In this document: positions 1 through 8,930 of the stretch, piece after piece
How positions within the stretch are numbered: position 1 is the first letter of the stretch
How the letters are laid out: the number at the start of each line of letters is the position of its first letter
NCBI GenBank assembly: GCA_047637695.1
Contig: JBLJBS010000012.1
Span: 5,566 to 69,565, forward strand
DNA from: Aquamicrobium sp.
Lineage (GTDB): Bacteria > Pseudomonadota > Alphaproteobacteria > Rhizobiales > Rhizobiaceae
Length of the DNA: 64,000 bases
Direction of reading: 5' to 3'
Position numbers and translations under genes: made by a program
The notes under the pieces: model-generated
Seen by the model: only the letters and a program-made list of their open reading frames with translations
Told to the model about the DNA's origin: nothing
The model's database searches: none

Positions 1-460
1 CCATCACCTCCTCGTCATTCTTCTTGACGCCGTGGCGGGCGTCGATCAGCAGATAGACACGCTTCAGCGTCACCCGTCCGCGCAGATAGTCGAAGACCAG
101 CCTGGTCCACGCGTCGACCTGCGCCTTGGGCGCCTGCGCGTAACCGTAGCCCGGCATGTCGACCAGCGCCATCGGCGGCAGGTCGCCCGCCTCGCCCGAA
201 TAGCCGTCGGGCACGAAATAGTTGAGTTCCTGCGTGCGGCCCGGCGTGTTCGAGGTGCGCGCCAGCCCCTTGCGGTTGACCAGCGCGTTGATGAGCGACG
301 ACTTGCCGACATTGGAGCGACCAGCGAAGGCGATCTCGGCCGGCCCTTCCGGAGGCAGGAACTTCATCGCCGGCACGCCGCGGATGAACACCCACGGCCG
401 AGCGAAGACCTCGGGGCGCAGGGTCGCGTCCGTTGAGGTCGCTTGCGGCTGTTGCGTCAT
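1..460 (-). CDS. engB: Ribosome biogenesis GTP-binding protein YihA/YsxC (3' end runs off window)
   Basis: Not in ORF track; manual translation from ATG at 460: MTQQPQ...[19 protein letters not shown]...[14 protein letters not shown]...VDMPGYG (G1/G2/G3 motifs); downstream of yidC as usual in Rhizobiales. Confidence 0.95.
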   Translation of the reverse strand, partial: MTQQPQATSTDATLRPEVFARPWVFIRGVPAMKFLPPEGPAEIAFAGRSNVGKSSLINALVNRKGLARTSNTPGRTQELNYFVPDGYSGEAGDLPPMALVDMPGYGYAQAPKAQVDAWTRLVFDYLRGRVTLKRVYLLIDARHGVKKNDEEVM

Positions 461-513
461 GTCCTGCACCCCGCGCGCGGCTTCACAACCGGCCGGCCGG
501 CCGGGAAGCCGGC

Positions 514-2331
514 CTATTCGGCCGGCTTCGGCTTCTTCCTGAAGATGCCGACAAGATTGTCCCACAACTCGATCCTGGCGCCCTGGCGCTTCATGATGAA
601 GCCCTGCTGCAGGATCGACAGCGAGTTGTTCCAGGCCCAGTAGATGACGAGGCCAGCCGGGAACGCCGCCAGCATGAAGGTGAAGACGACCGGCATCCAG
701 TTGAAGATCATCGCCTGGGTCGGATCGGGTGGCGTCGGGTTCATGCGCATCTGCAGGAACATGGTCACGCCCATGATCAGCGGCCAGATGCCGATCATCA
801 GGAAGGCCGGCACGTCGTAGGGAAGCAGGCCGAACAGGTTGAAGATCGAGGTCGGGTCCGGCGCCGACAGGTCCCTGATCCAGCCGAAGAACGGCGCGTG
901 CCGCATCTCGATGGTGACGTAGAGCACCTTGTAGAGCGCGAAGAACACCGGGATCTGGATCACCACCGGCCAGCACCCCGCCAGCGGGTTGATCTTCTCG
1001 GTCTTGTACAGCTCCATCATCGCCTGCTGCTGCTTCATGCGGTCGTCGGCGTATTTCTCGCGGATTTCCACGAGCTGCGGCTGCACCTTCTTCATGTTCG
1101 CCATCGACTTGTAGGACTTGTTGGCGAGCGGGAAGAAGATGGCCTTGACCACGACCGTGGTGGCGAGGATGGCGAGGCCGAAATTGCCGAGCAGCTTGAA
1201 CAGCCAGTCGATCAGGTAGAACATCGGCTTGGTGATGAAGTAGAACCAGCCCCAGTCGATCAGCAGGTCGAAATTGCGGATGCTGCGGCTTTCCTGATAG
1301 GCGTCGATCCTGGCCGTTTCCTTGGCGCCGGCGAACACCAGCGTCTCGACGGTGCGCGTCTCGCCGGCGGCGATCTCGACCGGATCGGTCAGGTAGTCGG
1401 CCTGATAGCGCTGCCGGCCGTCGTCGAAGAAGGCATAGCGCGGCTGGAAGGGTTGCGCGCCCGAGGGCACCAGCGCCACCGCCCAATATTTGTCGGTGAT
1501 GCCGAGCCAGCCGTCATTCGATTTGCCGGGCTTTATCTCGCGCTTCTCGGCGAGATCGGAATAGTCGATCTCCTGAAGCCCTTCCTCGCCGGTAACACCG
1601 ATCAGGCCCTCGTGGAGAATGTAGAAGCCGGCGACATGCGGGGTGCCGATGCGCGCCACCCGGCCGTAATTGGCGAGACTCACCGCGGCGCCGCCCTGAT
1701 TGGCGACGCTGTCGGAAACAGTGAAGAGATAGTCGTTGTCGACCGCAATGGTGCGGGTGAACGTCAGGCCACTGTCATTGGTGAAGGTCAGCGTCACCGG
1801 GGTCGAGGGCGTCAGCTTCGCATCGGCGGCGGCGGTCCAGACCGTGTCCGGCCCCGGCAGCGCACCGGCCGCTTCCGAACCGATGAAGCCGACCTCGGCG
1901 TAGAAGCCATCGGGCATCGAGGATGGATTCAGAAGCTCGATATTGGGCGAATCCTTCTCGACCGTCACCCGGTAATCCCTGAGGATCAGGTCGTCGATGC
2001 GCCCGCCCGTCAGGTTGACGGAACCGGAAATGCGCGGCGTGTCGATGACGATACGGCCGGCGGCGGCAATCGCGTCCTGCCGCGACAGCGTGCCGGGAAC
2101 GCCGGCGCCGCCTCCGGGAATGGCCGGAACCGAACCGCCGGGCAGATCGGAACCGCCCGACGCCTGGGGAAGATCGGGCTGAGGAGCCTGCGCTTCCGCG
2201 GCCTGTTCGGCGGCGATGCGGGTGGCCTCGCGCTCGCTCTCGATGCGCGGGTTCATGTAGAACACCTGCCACAGCGTGAGGATCAGCACGGAAAGCGCGA
2301 TGGTGATGAAGAAATTGCGATTATTTTCCAT
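514..2331 (-). CDS. yidC: Membrane protein insertase YidC
   Basis: 605 aa; [29 protein letters not shown] motifs; rpmH-rnpA-yidC synteny. Confidence 0.98.
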   Translation of the reverse strand: MENNRNFFITIALSVLILTLWQVFYMNPRIESEREATRIAAEQAAEAQAPQPDLPQASGGSDLPGGSVPAIPGGGAGVPGTLSRQDAIAAAGRIVIDTPRISGSVNLTGGRIDDLILRDYRVTVEKDSPNIELLNPSSMPDGFYAEVGFIGSEAAGALPGPDTVWTAAADAKLTPSTPVTLTFTNDSGLTFTRTIAVDNDYLFTVSDSVANQGGAAVSLANYGRVARIGTPHVAGFYILHEGLIGVTGEEGLQEIDYSDLAEKREIKPGKSNDGWLGITDKYWAVALVPSGAQPFQPRYAFFDDGRQRYQADYLTDPVEIAAGETRTVETLVFAGAKETARIDAYQESRSIRNFDLLIDWGWFYFITKPMFYLIDWLFKLLGNFGLAILATTVVVKAIFFPLANKSYKSMANMKKVQPQLVEIREKYADDRMKQQQAMMELYKTEKINPLAGCWPVVIQIPVFFALYKVLYVTIEMRHAPFFGWIRDLSAPDPTSIFNLFGLLPYDVPAFLMIGIWPLIMGVTMFLQMRMNPTPPDPTQAMIFNWMPVVFTFMLAAFPAGLVIYWAWNNSLSILQQGFIMKRQGARIELWDNLVGIFRKKPKPAE

Positions 2332-2337
2332 GGATTC

Positions 2338-2706
2338 CTACCGCTGGGTTTCCCTGGGCTGCCGGTTGCCGCGCATCCTGCGGGAAAGTTCGCGCGCGAG
2401 ATCGTCGAAGGCAGCGTCGAGCACTTCGCGCCGCCCGACGATGACATAGTCGTTGCCGATGGCCATGTCATCACCGGCCCGGGTTCTGACCGCTTCCTTC
2501 AGCCGCCGGCGGATGCGGTTGCGGACCACGGCATTGCCGACCTTCTTGGTCACCGTGAAACCGAGACGCGGTGCGCCGTCATCGCCGCGGTTCAGGACTT
2601 CCATCAGGAAAAGCGGGCCGCGGCGCTTCTCGCCACGGCGCACAGCGAGAAATTCCGCGCGCGTTTTCAGGCGCGCGGGGAGCAGGCCGGTTGGCCGGGC
2701 CACCAT
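2338..2706 (-). CDS. rnpA: Ribonuclease P protein component
   Basis: RLKTRAEF...[25 protein letters not shown] (RNR motif); start trimmed to ATG 2706. Confidence 0.95.
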   Translation of the reverse strand: MVARPTGLLPARLKTRAEFLAVRRGEKRRGPLFLMEVLNRGDDGAPRLGFTVTKKVGNAVVRNRIRRRLKEAVRTRAGDDMAIGNDYVIVGRREVLDAAFDDLARELSRRMRGNRQPRETQR

Positions 2707-2725
2707 CGTCCGGCCGTAGCGCCGG

Positions 2726-2860
2726 TCAGGCGGAAAGCCGCTTGCGCCCGCGAGAGCGGCGTGCAGCGATGACGGCACGGCCGCCATTGGTGGCCATGCG
2801 GGCACGGAAACCGTGACGGCGCTTGCGAACAAGCTTGGAGGGCTGATAGGTGCGCTTCAT
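2726..2860 (-). CDS. rpmH: 50S ribosomal protein L34
   Basis: Too short for ORF track; manual translation [44 protein letters not shown] (44 aa). Confidence 0.98.
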   Translation of the reverse strand: MKRTYQPSKLVRKRRHGFRARMATNGGRAVIAARRSRGRKRLSA

Positions 2861-3213
2861 TTGTTTAATACCGCGGTGTGCGGCCCTTCTTGGATCTGTC
2901 TCTTCATGAGCAGGAGCGTTCGCCCGCCTTCCCGATACGCAAGCGCTGATTGTGCACAGCCAGCGCCGCGCCGGACCGAAGGCCCGAGCGTGGCGCGCTT
3001 ATAGGGGCGAGCGGCCGAGGTGTCAATGCGACGCAAGCCATGCGCGCGGCCGGCGCGTACACCTGTTTCCGGCATGCTTTGATGCCGGAAAATTGGCAAA
3101 GCCGCCGCCTTGGCCTATTCTGCATCGGCTCCGGCACGGATCGGGCCGGGCCGCCCCCGATCCGGGCGAGATGGAGGCAGACGGTGGCGTTGGAAGCCGG
3201 CGGGCAGCGGGAG

Positions 3214-4701
3214 ATGCAGGAAGGAACGCAGGCGCGCGCCGGCGAGACGGTGCCGCTGACGCGCGGGCTGTCGATGAAGCTCCTCGTCCTGACCGTGCTG
3301 TTCATCACGCTTGCCGAGATGCTGATCTTCCTGCCGTCGCTGGCCAATTTCCGCCTGAGCTGGCTCGAGGAACGGCTGTCGACCGCCGCAGCCGTCGGGA
3401 TCGTGCTGGTCGACAGCGATCCGGGAAGCCTGTCGCACGAGGTGCAGGACGACGTGCTGCGCGCGCTGGGGGCCATGGCGCTCGCGGTGCGCGACGAAGG
3501 CGCCTCGCGGCTGCTCGTCGCCGTCGACATGCCGCATGAGATCGACCTTCACATCGATCTGGCCGCGGCCTCGCCGCTGGGCGAGGTCCATGAGGCGCTC
3601 TACACGCTGTTCTTCGGCGGCGAGCGGGTGCTGCGCATCTTCGCCCCCATCGATGCCGGCGGCCGCGAATTCGAGCTGGTGATGGGTGAGGCCGACCTGC
3701 GCAAAGCGATGCTTGGCTATGCGCGCAATGTCGCGCTCCTGTCGCTGATCCTGTCGCTGATTACCGCCAGCCTCGTCTTCTACGCCATCGACCGGGTGAT
3801 GATCCGGCCGATGCGGACGATGACAAGTTCGATGCTCGCCTTCGCCGAAGCACCCGACGACCCCACCCGCATCATCGTCGCGGGCGCGCGCAGCGACGAG
3901 ATCGGCGTCGCGGAACGGGAGCTGGCCGCGATGCAAGGAGAATTGCAGCGCATGCTGGTCGAACGCCGGCGGCTGGCCGATCTCGGGCTCGCCGTTTCCA
4001 AGATCAACCACGACATGCGCAACATCCTCGCTGCGGCCCAGCTGATGTCGGACCGGCTGGCGCGGGTCGACGATCCCGGCGTCCAGAAGCTCGCGCCGCG
4101 GCTGGTGCGCACGCTCGACCGGGCGATCTCCTATGCGGAAGGCGTGCTCGCCTATGGCCGCATGCAGGAGCCGCCGCCGGCACGGCTGAAGCTCAACCTG
4201 CACGATCTCGTCGAGGAGGTGTTCGCGCTTGCCGGCCCGGAGGTTGCCGCTCGCATCGACCTCGTCAACGGAGTCGACCCCGACTTCGAGATCGACGCCG
4301 ACCCCGAGCAGCTCCTGCGCGTCCTGTCCAATCTGGTGCGCAATGCGATCGAGGCGATGTCGGGGAACGATGCGCCCGGTCTCGTCCGGTGGCTGACGCT
4401 GGACGCCGGGCGCAGCGGCGGCGTCGCCCGTATAAGGGTCGAGGATACCGGCCCCGGCCTGCCGCAGAAAGCGCTGGAGAACCTGTTCTCGGCCTTTCGC
4501 GGCTCGGCCCGCAATGGCGGCACCGGCCTCGGCCTCGCCATCGCGCATGAGCTGGTGCGCGCCCATGGCGGCACGCTGGAACTCACGGAAAGCCGCGGCG
4601 GCAGAACCGTCTTTTCGATTACCATTCCCGACCGGCCGCTCGATCTCGGCGCAGCACGACGCGGCATGACGGAGGCGAGGAGTCCGCGCAGCGCGGGCTG
4701 A
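3214..4701 (+). CDS. Membrane HAMP-domain sensor histidine kinase (no adjacent response regulator)
   Basis: Two TM segments, HAMP (DEIG), H-box KINHDMRNIL, N-box NLVRNA, G-boxes DTGPG and GTGLGL; start uncertain. Confidence 0.9.
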   Translation: MQEGTQARAGETVPLTRGLSMKLLVLTVLFITLAEMLIFLPSLANFRLSWLEERLSTAAAVGIVLVDSDPGSLSHEVQDDVLRALGAMALAVRDEGASRLLVAVDMPHEIDLHIDLAAASPLGEVHEALYTLFFGGERVLRIFAPIDAGGREFELVMGEADLRKAMLGYARNVALLSLILSLITASLVFYAIDRVMIRPMRTMTSSMLAFAEAPDDPTRIIVAGARSDEIGVAERELAAMQGELQRMLVERRRLADLGLAVSKINHDMRNILAAAQLMSDRLARVDDPGVQKLAPRLVRTLDRAISYAEGVLAYGRMQEPPPARLKLNLHDLVEEVFALAGPEVAARIDLVNGVDPDFEIDADPEQLLRVLSNLVRNAIEAMSGNDAPGLVRWLTLDAGRSGGVARIRVEDTGPGLPQKALENLFSAFRGSARNGGTGLGLAIAHELVRAHGGTLELTESRGGRTVFSITIPDRPLDLGAARRGMTEARSPRSAG

Positions 4702-4749
4702 CCGCGCGTTCGCATTTCAAGCCGCGCGTTTTCGTCCCGCGCGTTTTCG

Positions 4750-5910
4750 TCAGTGACGACGATGAGCGGAAAGTGCCCCGGCCTCTTCTAGCTCTGAAAC
4801 CCGGGTGCCGGCGATCATCGCGTTGCCGCGCCATTCAAAACCGTCGACCAGCCAGCTGCGCAGCCAGACCATCGGCATGACCATGTCCCGAACGAGGAGC
4901 GCCGGCAGCGAGGAAGCGGAAATATGCCAGTTCTTCATCCGCGCCAGCACCAGTTCAGGCCCGTAGACCGCGGCGAGGACGAGTGCCGCCACTCCCGGCA
5001 GGCTGACGCCGGCAAGGGCCGCCGCGCAAAGGGCGAGAAGCAGCGGCGGCAGCACGCCGAGCAGGATTTCCGGGGCGAAGAAACCGGGAAAGGTGACACG
5101 GCGAAGCCGCGCCCAGCGGCTTTGCCGCATCCAGATCTCGCGCAGGCTGCGGGGACCCAGAGGTTGCTCGAAAGGCGAGGCCACCAGATGCACCCTGAGG
5201 CCCAGCCGGCTGACCAGCTTGGTCGCGGCGGCGTCCTCGGCAATGTCGGCCGCCAGCGCCTCGAGGCCGCCATTGGCGTCCAGAAGCGGCTTCGACCACA
5301 GCATGCTCTTGCCCTGCGCGAAGCCGAAACCAAGCGCCTCGCCCGCATATTGCCAGCGCGCCTGATGCGTGTTGAGGAAGGCACACTCGACCTCGGCCCA
5401 GAAATTGCCCGGCAGGGTGCCGAGCGGCGTCGAGCAGACGACGCCGGTGTCGCTGCGCCACGCCGCCAGCAGCCGGCGGACATAGTCGCGCGGCATCAGC
5501 ACGTTGGAATCGGCCAGCACCACCCAGTTCCAGCGCGCGGCCCGCCAGCCCTTGATGCAGTTGTTGAGCTTGGGATTGGCGCTGACGCGATCGTCGCCGA
5601 CCAGGATGCGCGCGGGCACCGACGGATGCGCGGCGATCGCCGCCTCGATCTCGGGAATGATCGGGTCGGATGCCTCGGCAACGCAGAAAATCAGTTCATA
5701 GCTGTCCCAGTCCAGACGGAACGCACTGGCGAGGGTCTGACGGGAAAACGTCTCGATGCCGCGCACGGGTATGACGATGGACACCGGCGGGCGGGCGGCA
5801 ACCGGGCCGGCCTCGCGGCCGTTCGGCGCAAGCCGCCACGCCGCAATCAGGACACTCGCGAGATTGACGAAAAGCAGCAGCGTGCAAGCGAAGAACAGAA
5901 ATTCAGCCAT
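4750..5910 (-). CDS. GT21 ceramide-glucosyltransferase-like protein (probable processive glycolipid glycosyltransferase, Pgt-like)
   Basis: NPKLNN, ADSNV, GKSML, AEDA, RQSRW motifs typical of GT21; N- and C-terminal TM helices. Confidence 0.85.
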   Translation of the reverse strand: MAEFLFFACTLLLFVNLASVLIAAWRLAPNGREAGPVAARPPVSIVIPVRGIETFSRQTLASAFRLDWDSYELIFCVAEASDPIIPEIEAAIAAHPSVPARILVGDDRVSANPKLNNCIKGWRAARWNWVVLADSNVLMPRDYVRRLLAAWRSDTGVVCSTPLGTLPGNFWAEVECAFLNTHQARWQYAGEALGFGFAQGKSMLWSKPLLDANGGLEALAADIAEDAAATKLVSRLGLRVHLVASPFEQPLGPRSLREIWMRQSRWARLRRVTFPGFFAPEILLGVLPPLLLALCAAALAGVSLPGVAALVLAAVYGPELVLARMKNWHISASSLPALLVRDMVMPMVWLRSWLVDGFEWRGNAMIAGTRVSELEEAGALSAHRRH

Positions 5911-5997
5911 TCGTGCCAGAACCCCAGGGGCATGGGCCGGACGCGCTGCCGGCCTCGGGCGACATGCCTCGAAACCGCTGCAAGACATCATCCTTGT

Positions 5998-6015
5998 GTG
6001 TCAGTGCGACGACAG
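5998..6015 (-). promoter_or_regulatory. Putative PhoB (Pho) box
   Basis: Minus strand CTGTCGT-CGCA-CTGACAC versus consensus CTGTCAT-N4-CTGTCAY, ~90 nt upstream of the GT21 gene. Confidence 0.65.
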
Positions 6016-6104
6016 AAATGCGAACATTCACAAGAGCGGAACGGGCGAGGAGCCGGGGGACCAAAAGCCGGACTCTCCGTATTTCGCCGGTTGCATCGGT
6101 CTTG

Positions 6105-6171
6105 AAAAAAGGGGGGATGCCGGAGCAGCCAGTTGGGGGCGTGGGGGGGGGGGGCAAGCCGCCCCGGCATC
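6105..6171 (-). ncRNA. Candidate small RNA / structured element: 14-bp stem with C-rich loop and U tail
   Basis: Minus strand GAUGCCGGGGCGGC / GCUGCUCCGGCAUC pairs fully using two G-U wobbles; loop holds C12 and C5 runs; followed by CCCCCUUUUUU. Confidence 0.45.
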
Positions 6172-6208
6172 GCAATAATCGGCGCGCGGCATTTTGGTTC
6201 CCACATTC

Positions 6209-6240
6209 AAAAAAAGAAACCCCGCCTCGCGACGGGGTTT
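6209..6240 (-). terminator. Rho-independent terminator downstream of rcnB-like gene
   Basis: Minus strand AAACCCCGUC-GCGA-GGCGGGGUUU-C-UUUUUUU. Confidence 0.8.
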
Positions 6241-6355
6241 CCGATGAACGGCAAGACAAAGTCGGCATCGCCTCGAACCACCCTCGCCTTCCGGGACGAG
6301 CCGGACGGATGCAAGGTCGGGTGGCCACCTAGGACGCCGGCCCTGGCGGCCGGCA

Positions 6356-6712
6356 CTACCTGCCGAGCGCCATCCCCAGAATCACGCCGGTGGCGAGATT
6401 GAGCAGCAGATAGTCGTTGTCGACCCTCACCCACTGCTGGTTCCTGCCGGGCCGCTTCAGGCCATGGCGTTGATAGTCGCGGACATGCTGGCGCTTCTGC
6501 CAGTTCGGAACCCGCTGACCCTGCTTCCAGTGCTGCCGCTGGGGGGCCGGACGCTGAGCATGATGGCGCTGCTTCGGCGCCTGATATTTGGGCTTCACCG
6601 GCTGGTAGTGATGCTGGCCGTGGCGCGGGGAATCATAACGGCTCTGGGCCTGCGCCATCGGCACGGCGAGCATCGAAACGGCGATGGCGGCAAGGATCGT
6701 ACGCTTGAACAT
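6356..6712 (-). CDS. RcnB-family (DUF3315) periplasmic protein
   Basis: Signal peptide, His/Gln-rich linker, WKQGQRVP...DYQRHGLKRPGRNQQWVRVDNDYLL...ATGVI signature. Confidence 0.85.
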   Translation of the reverse strand: MFKRTILAAIAVSMLAVPMAQAQSRYDSPRHGQHHYQPVKPKYQAPKQRHHAQRPAPQRQHWKQGQRVPNWQKRQHVRDYQRHGLKRPGRNQQWVRVDNDYLLLNLATGVILGMALGR

Positions 6713-6932
6713 GTTGGCTTCCTCGTTATCGATGCAGGAAGCAATACGTGCCGGCCGATGAACTGAAAATGAACGTCATCATTAATATTTTGTAATCAAA
6801 TCAATTATTTACGAAGGTTAACGGTTGCGCAGCCGTGGAAGGGAGCCGTGCAGGGCACCGATCTTCAAGGCTCTGCGGCGGGGATGGAGCGGGAGGGACC
6901 ACCCCATTTTTGCCGAACAAGGGCAGGCTTTG

Positions 6933-7358
6933 TGAATAGCCCCGAGTTTCGTGGACGCCTTCGGGTTACATTCTCTGCTGCCGTTCGAACTCGACGGGTG
7001 ACAGCATGCCATTACGGACGCGCTTGCGCTTCGGGTTGTAGAACATCTCGATGCAGTCGAACACGTCCTGCCTTGCCTCCTCGCGTGTTCGGTAGGCCCT
7101 GCGCCGTATCCGCTCGCGCTTGAGGAGAGTGAAGTATGTGATGTCAGTCACCCAGGCGGTGTCAGGCGCATCGACGTCGAACTCTCAGGTCCGTGTGTCG
7201 TCGACCACGACCGACGGCTTGCTGCCATGGGAGCCGCGCCGCTGGGTCGGATGCGCAGACAGCGGCACATCGCCCGCACCTTGAATTGCTGGCGATGCTC
7301 GGCAACGAATGCGTATCTCACCTTGCATCCTTGATGAAATACGCGGTGGCATTTTTAG
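6933..7358 (-). mobile_element. IS3-family remnant with one terminal IR and internal deletions
   Basis: IR-like TGAATAGCCCCGAGTTTCGTGGACGCC at 6933; fragments of orfA end (ATAYFIKDAR*), orfB start (RYAFVAEHRQQFKVRAMCR), APDTAWVTDITY and LKRERIRRR..EARQDVFD.IEMFYNPKR. Confidence 0.85.
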
Positions 7359-7387
7359 CGCTCGTGGATGCGGTCGTCGGTCCGCCG

Positions 7388-8917
7388 CTAGAGACCCGAC
7401 AGCACCTGCTCACGAAGCGCAAGCCGCATCACCTTGCCGTTGCTGTTCAGCGGCAGATCGTCCACGAAGCGGATCGTTTTCGGCTTCTTGTAACTGGTCA
7501 ACCCACGCCGGCAATGCTCGATCAGTTCGGCTTCAGTCGGGGCCGCGCCGGCTTTGGCCACCACGAATGCGGAAACCGTTTCACCCCATTCGCGGTCAGG
7601 AAGGCCGATCACGGCACATTGGTGCACCTCGGGGTGCTGGAGAAGGACCGCCTCGACCTCACCCGGGGAAACGTTGTAGCCGCCGGTGACGATAATCTCC
7701 TTGATGCGGCCGGCGAGATAGATCATGCCCCTTTCGCCACGCATGCCGAGATCGCCTGTTCGGAAGAAGCCGTCCGTGCCGATCGCGGCGGATGTGGCTT
7801 CCGGGTTTTCCCAGTAATAGGGAAGCACCATCGGTCCGCGTATGAGAATCTCGCCGATCTCGCCGTCGGCGACTTCATGGCCATCGGGGTTGGTGATCTT
7901 CACTTCCGCCAGGGATACCTCGCGGCCGAGCGGCTGACGCCAGCCGGTTCGTCCGATCGCCTCGGGAACATGGTCTTCCGGCTTGAGCGTGCTTACGGTC
8001 GCGGCTTCGTTGAGGCCGTAACCCTGCACCAGCTTGGGGCCGATTATGCGCAAGGCGTCGGAAAGGGTGGGAGCGTCGATCGGTGCGCCACCATAGCTCA
8101 CCACCTTCAGGTTCTCGAAATTCTCCGGCGAGATCCCCGGCAGATCGAGAAGACGCCGCAGGCCGGTCGGTACCAGCTGGAGCACATTGCAGCGGCCGGC
8201 CTCTATCTCGCCCAGAATGAACTGCGGATCGAACCGGTCGGTGACATTGACGGTCACGCCCCGCATCAGAGCCGGCAGCAGCCACAGGCCCGCCGCGTGG
8301 GCATAAGGGCTTGTGCCGATATACCAGTCGCCTTCCACCAAGTTCCAGCGATCCAGCAAGGTCGAGCAGGCGATCGACAACCAGTTACCATGTGTCAGGA
8401 ACACGCCCTTGGGCGTACCCGTCGTGCCGGAGGTGAAGCGCATCATCCGGCCGGCGACCGGCGCGTCGACATCCAAGCAAAGTGGCGCAGGCGATGCGTC
8501 GGCGATGAGGCCCACATAATCGAGGCCGCCCGGACCATCGACGGATATCACCGGTATGTCCGCGGCCCAGCCGGCCCGCGACAGGCGCGCCAGAACTTCT
8601 TCGTTAGCGATGAGCAGGCTCGTATCGACGGACTTCATCATGCGCACAATTTCAGTATCGTGCAGACGCGGGCTCAGCGGCACGGCCACACCGCCGCCCT
8701 TTACGACCGCATAGTCGGCCTCGATCCATTCGGTGCTGTTCGGAAGCACGATAGCAACGCGGTCGCCGAGTGACAGGCCGAGCCCAACCAGTGCGTTGCC
8801 GAGGCGGTTGGTTCGGGCATCGAGCTCGGCGAACGTCACATGACGGCCGCCTTCGGCGATGGCGATCCGGTTGCCGAAGAATCGTGCGCCACGCGCGACG
8901 TAGGAAGCGATGTTCAT
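7388..8917 (-). CDS. AMP-binding acyl-CoA synthetase / ligase
   Basis: FTSGTTGTPKG, QGYGLNE, RTGDLG, GRIKE, NSNGKV adenylation motifs; start at MNIASY. Confidence 0.92.
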   Translation of the reverse strand: MNIASYVARGARFFGNRIAIAEGGRHVTFAELDARTNRLGNALVGLGLSLGDRVAIVLPNSTEWIEADYAVVKGGGVAVPLSPRLHDTEIVRMMKSVDTSLLIANEEVLARLSRAGWAADIPVISVDGPGGLDYVGLIADASPAPLCLDVDAPVAGRMMRFTSGTTGTPKGVFLTHGNWLSIACSTLLDRWNLVEGDWYIGTSPYAHAAGLWLLPALMRGVTVNVTDRFDPQFILGEIEAGRCNVLQLVPTGLRRLLDLPGISPENFENLKVVSYGGAPIDAPTLSDALRIIGPKLVQGYGLNEAATVSTLKPEDHVPEAIGRTGWRQPLGREVSLAEVKITNPDGHEVADGEIGEILIRGPMVLPYYWENPEATSAAIGTDGFFRTGDLGMRGERGMIYLAGRIKEIIVTGGYNVSPGEVEAVLLQHPEVHQCAVIGLPDREWGETVSAFVVAKAGAAPTEAELIEHCRRGLTSYKKPKTIRFVDDLPLNSNGKVMRLALREQVLSGL

Positions 8918-8930
8918 GAGTTTGCTCCGA

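Noticed and set aside
433-2772. Long antisense ORFs (779 aa here; also 3115-4566, 7193-8773, 17582-19174, 43831-46125, 48649-51048 and others)
   Set aside because: Shadow frames opposite well-supported genes, expected in high-GC DNA; no motifs.
2860-3213. Possible oriC/dnaA next to rpmH-rnpA-yidC
   Set aside because: The divergent gene is a histidine kinase; no DnaA-box cluster or AT-rich unwinding element was seen.
3214-4701. Orphan kinase as the partner of the lone receiver at 57981
   Set aside because: It lies 53 kb away in a different backbone context; no sequence evidence links them.
6356-6712. RiPP precursor or toxin reading of the small His/Gln-rich secreted protein
   Set aside because: The C-terminus matches the RcnB signature and no modification enzymes are adjacent.
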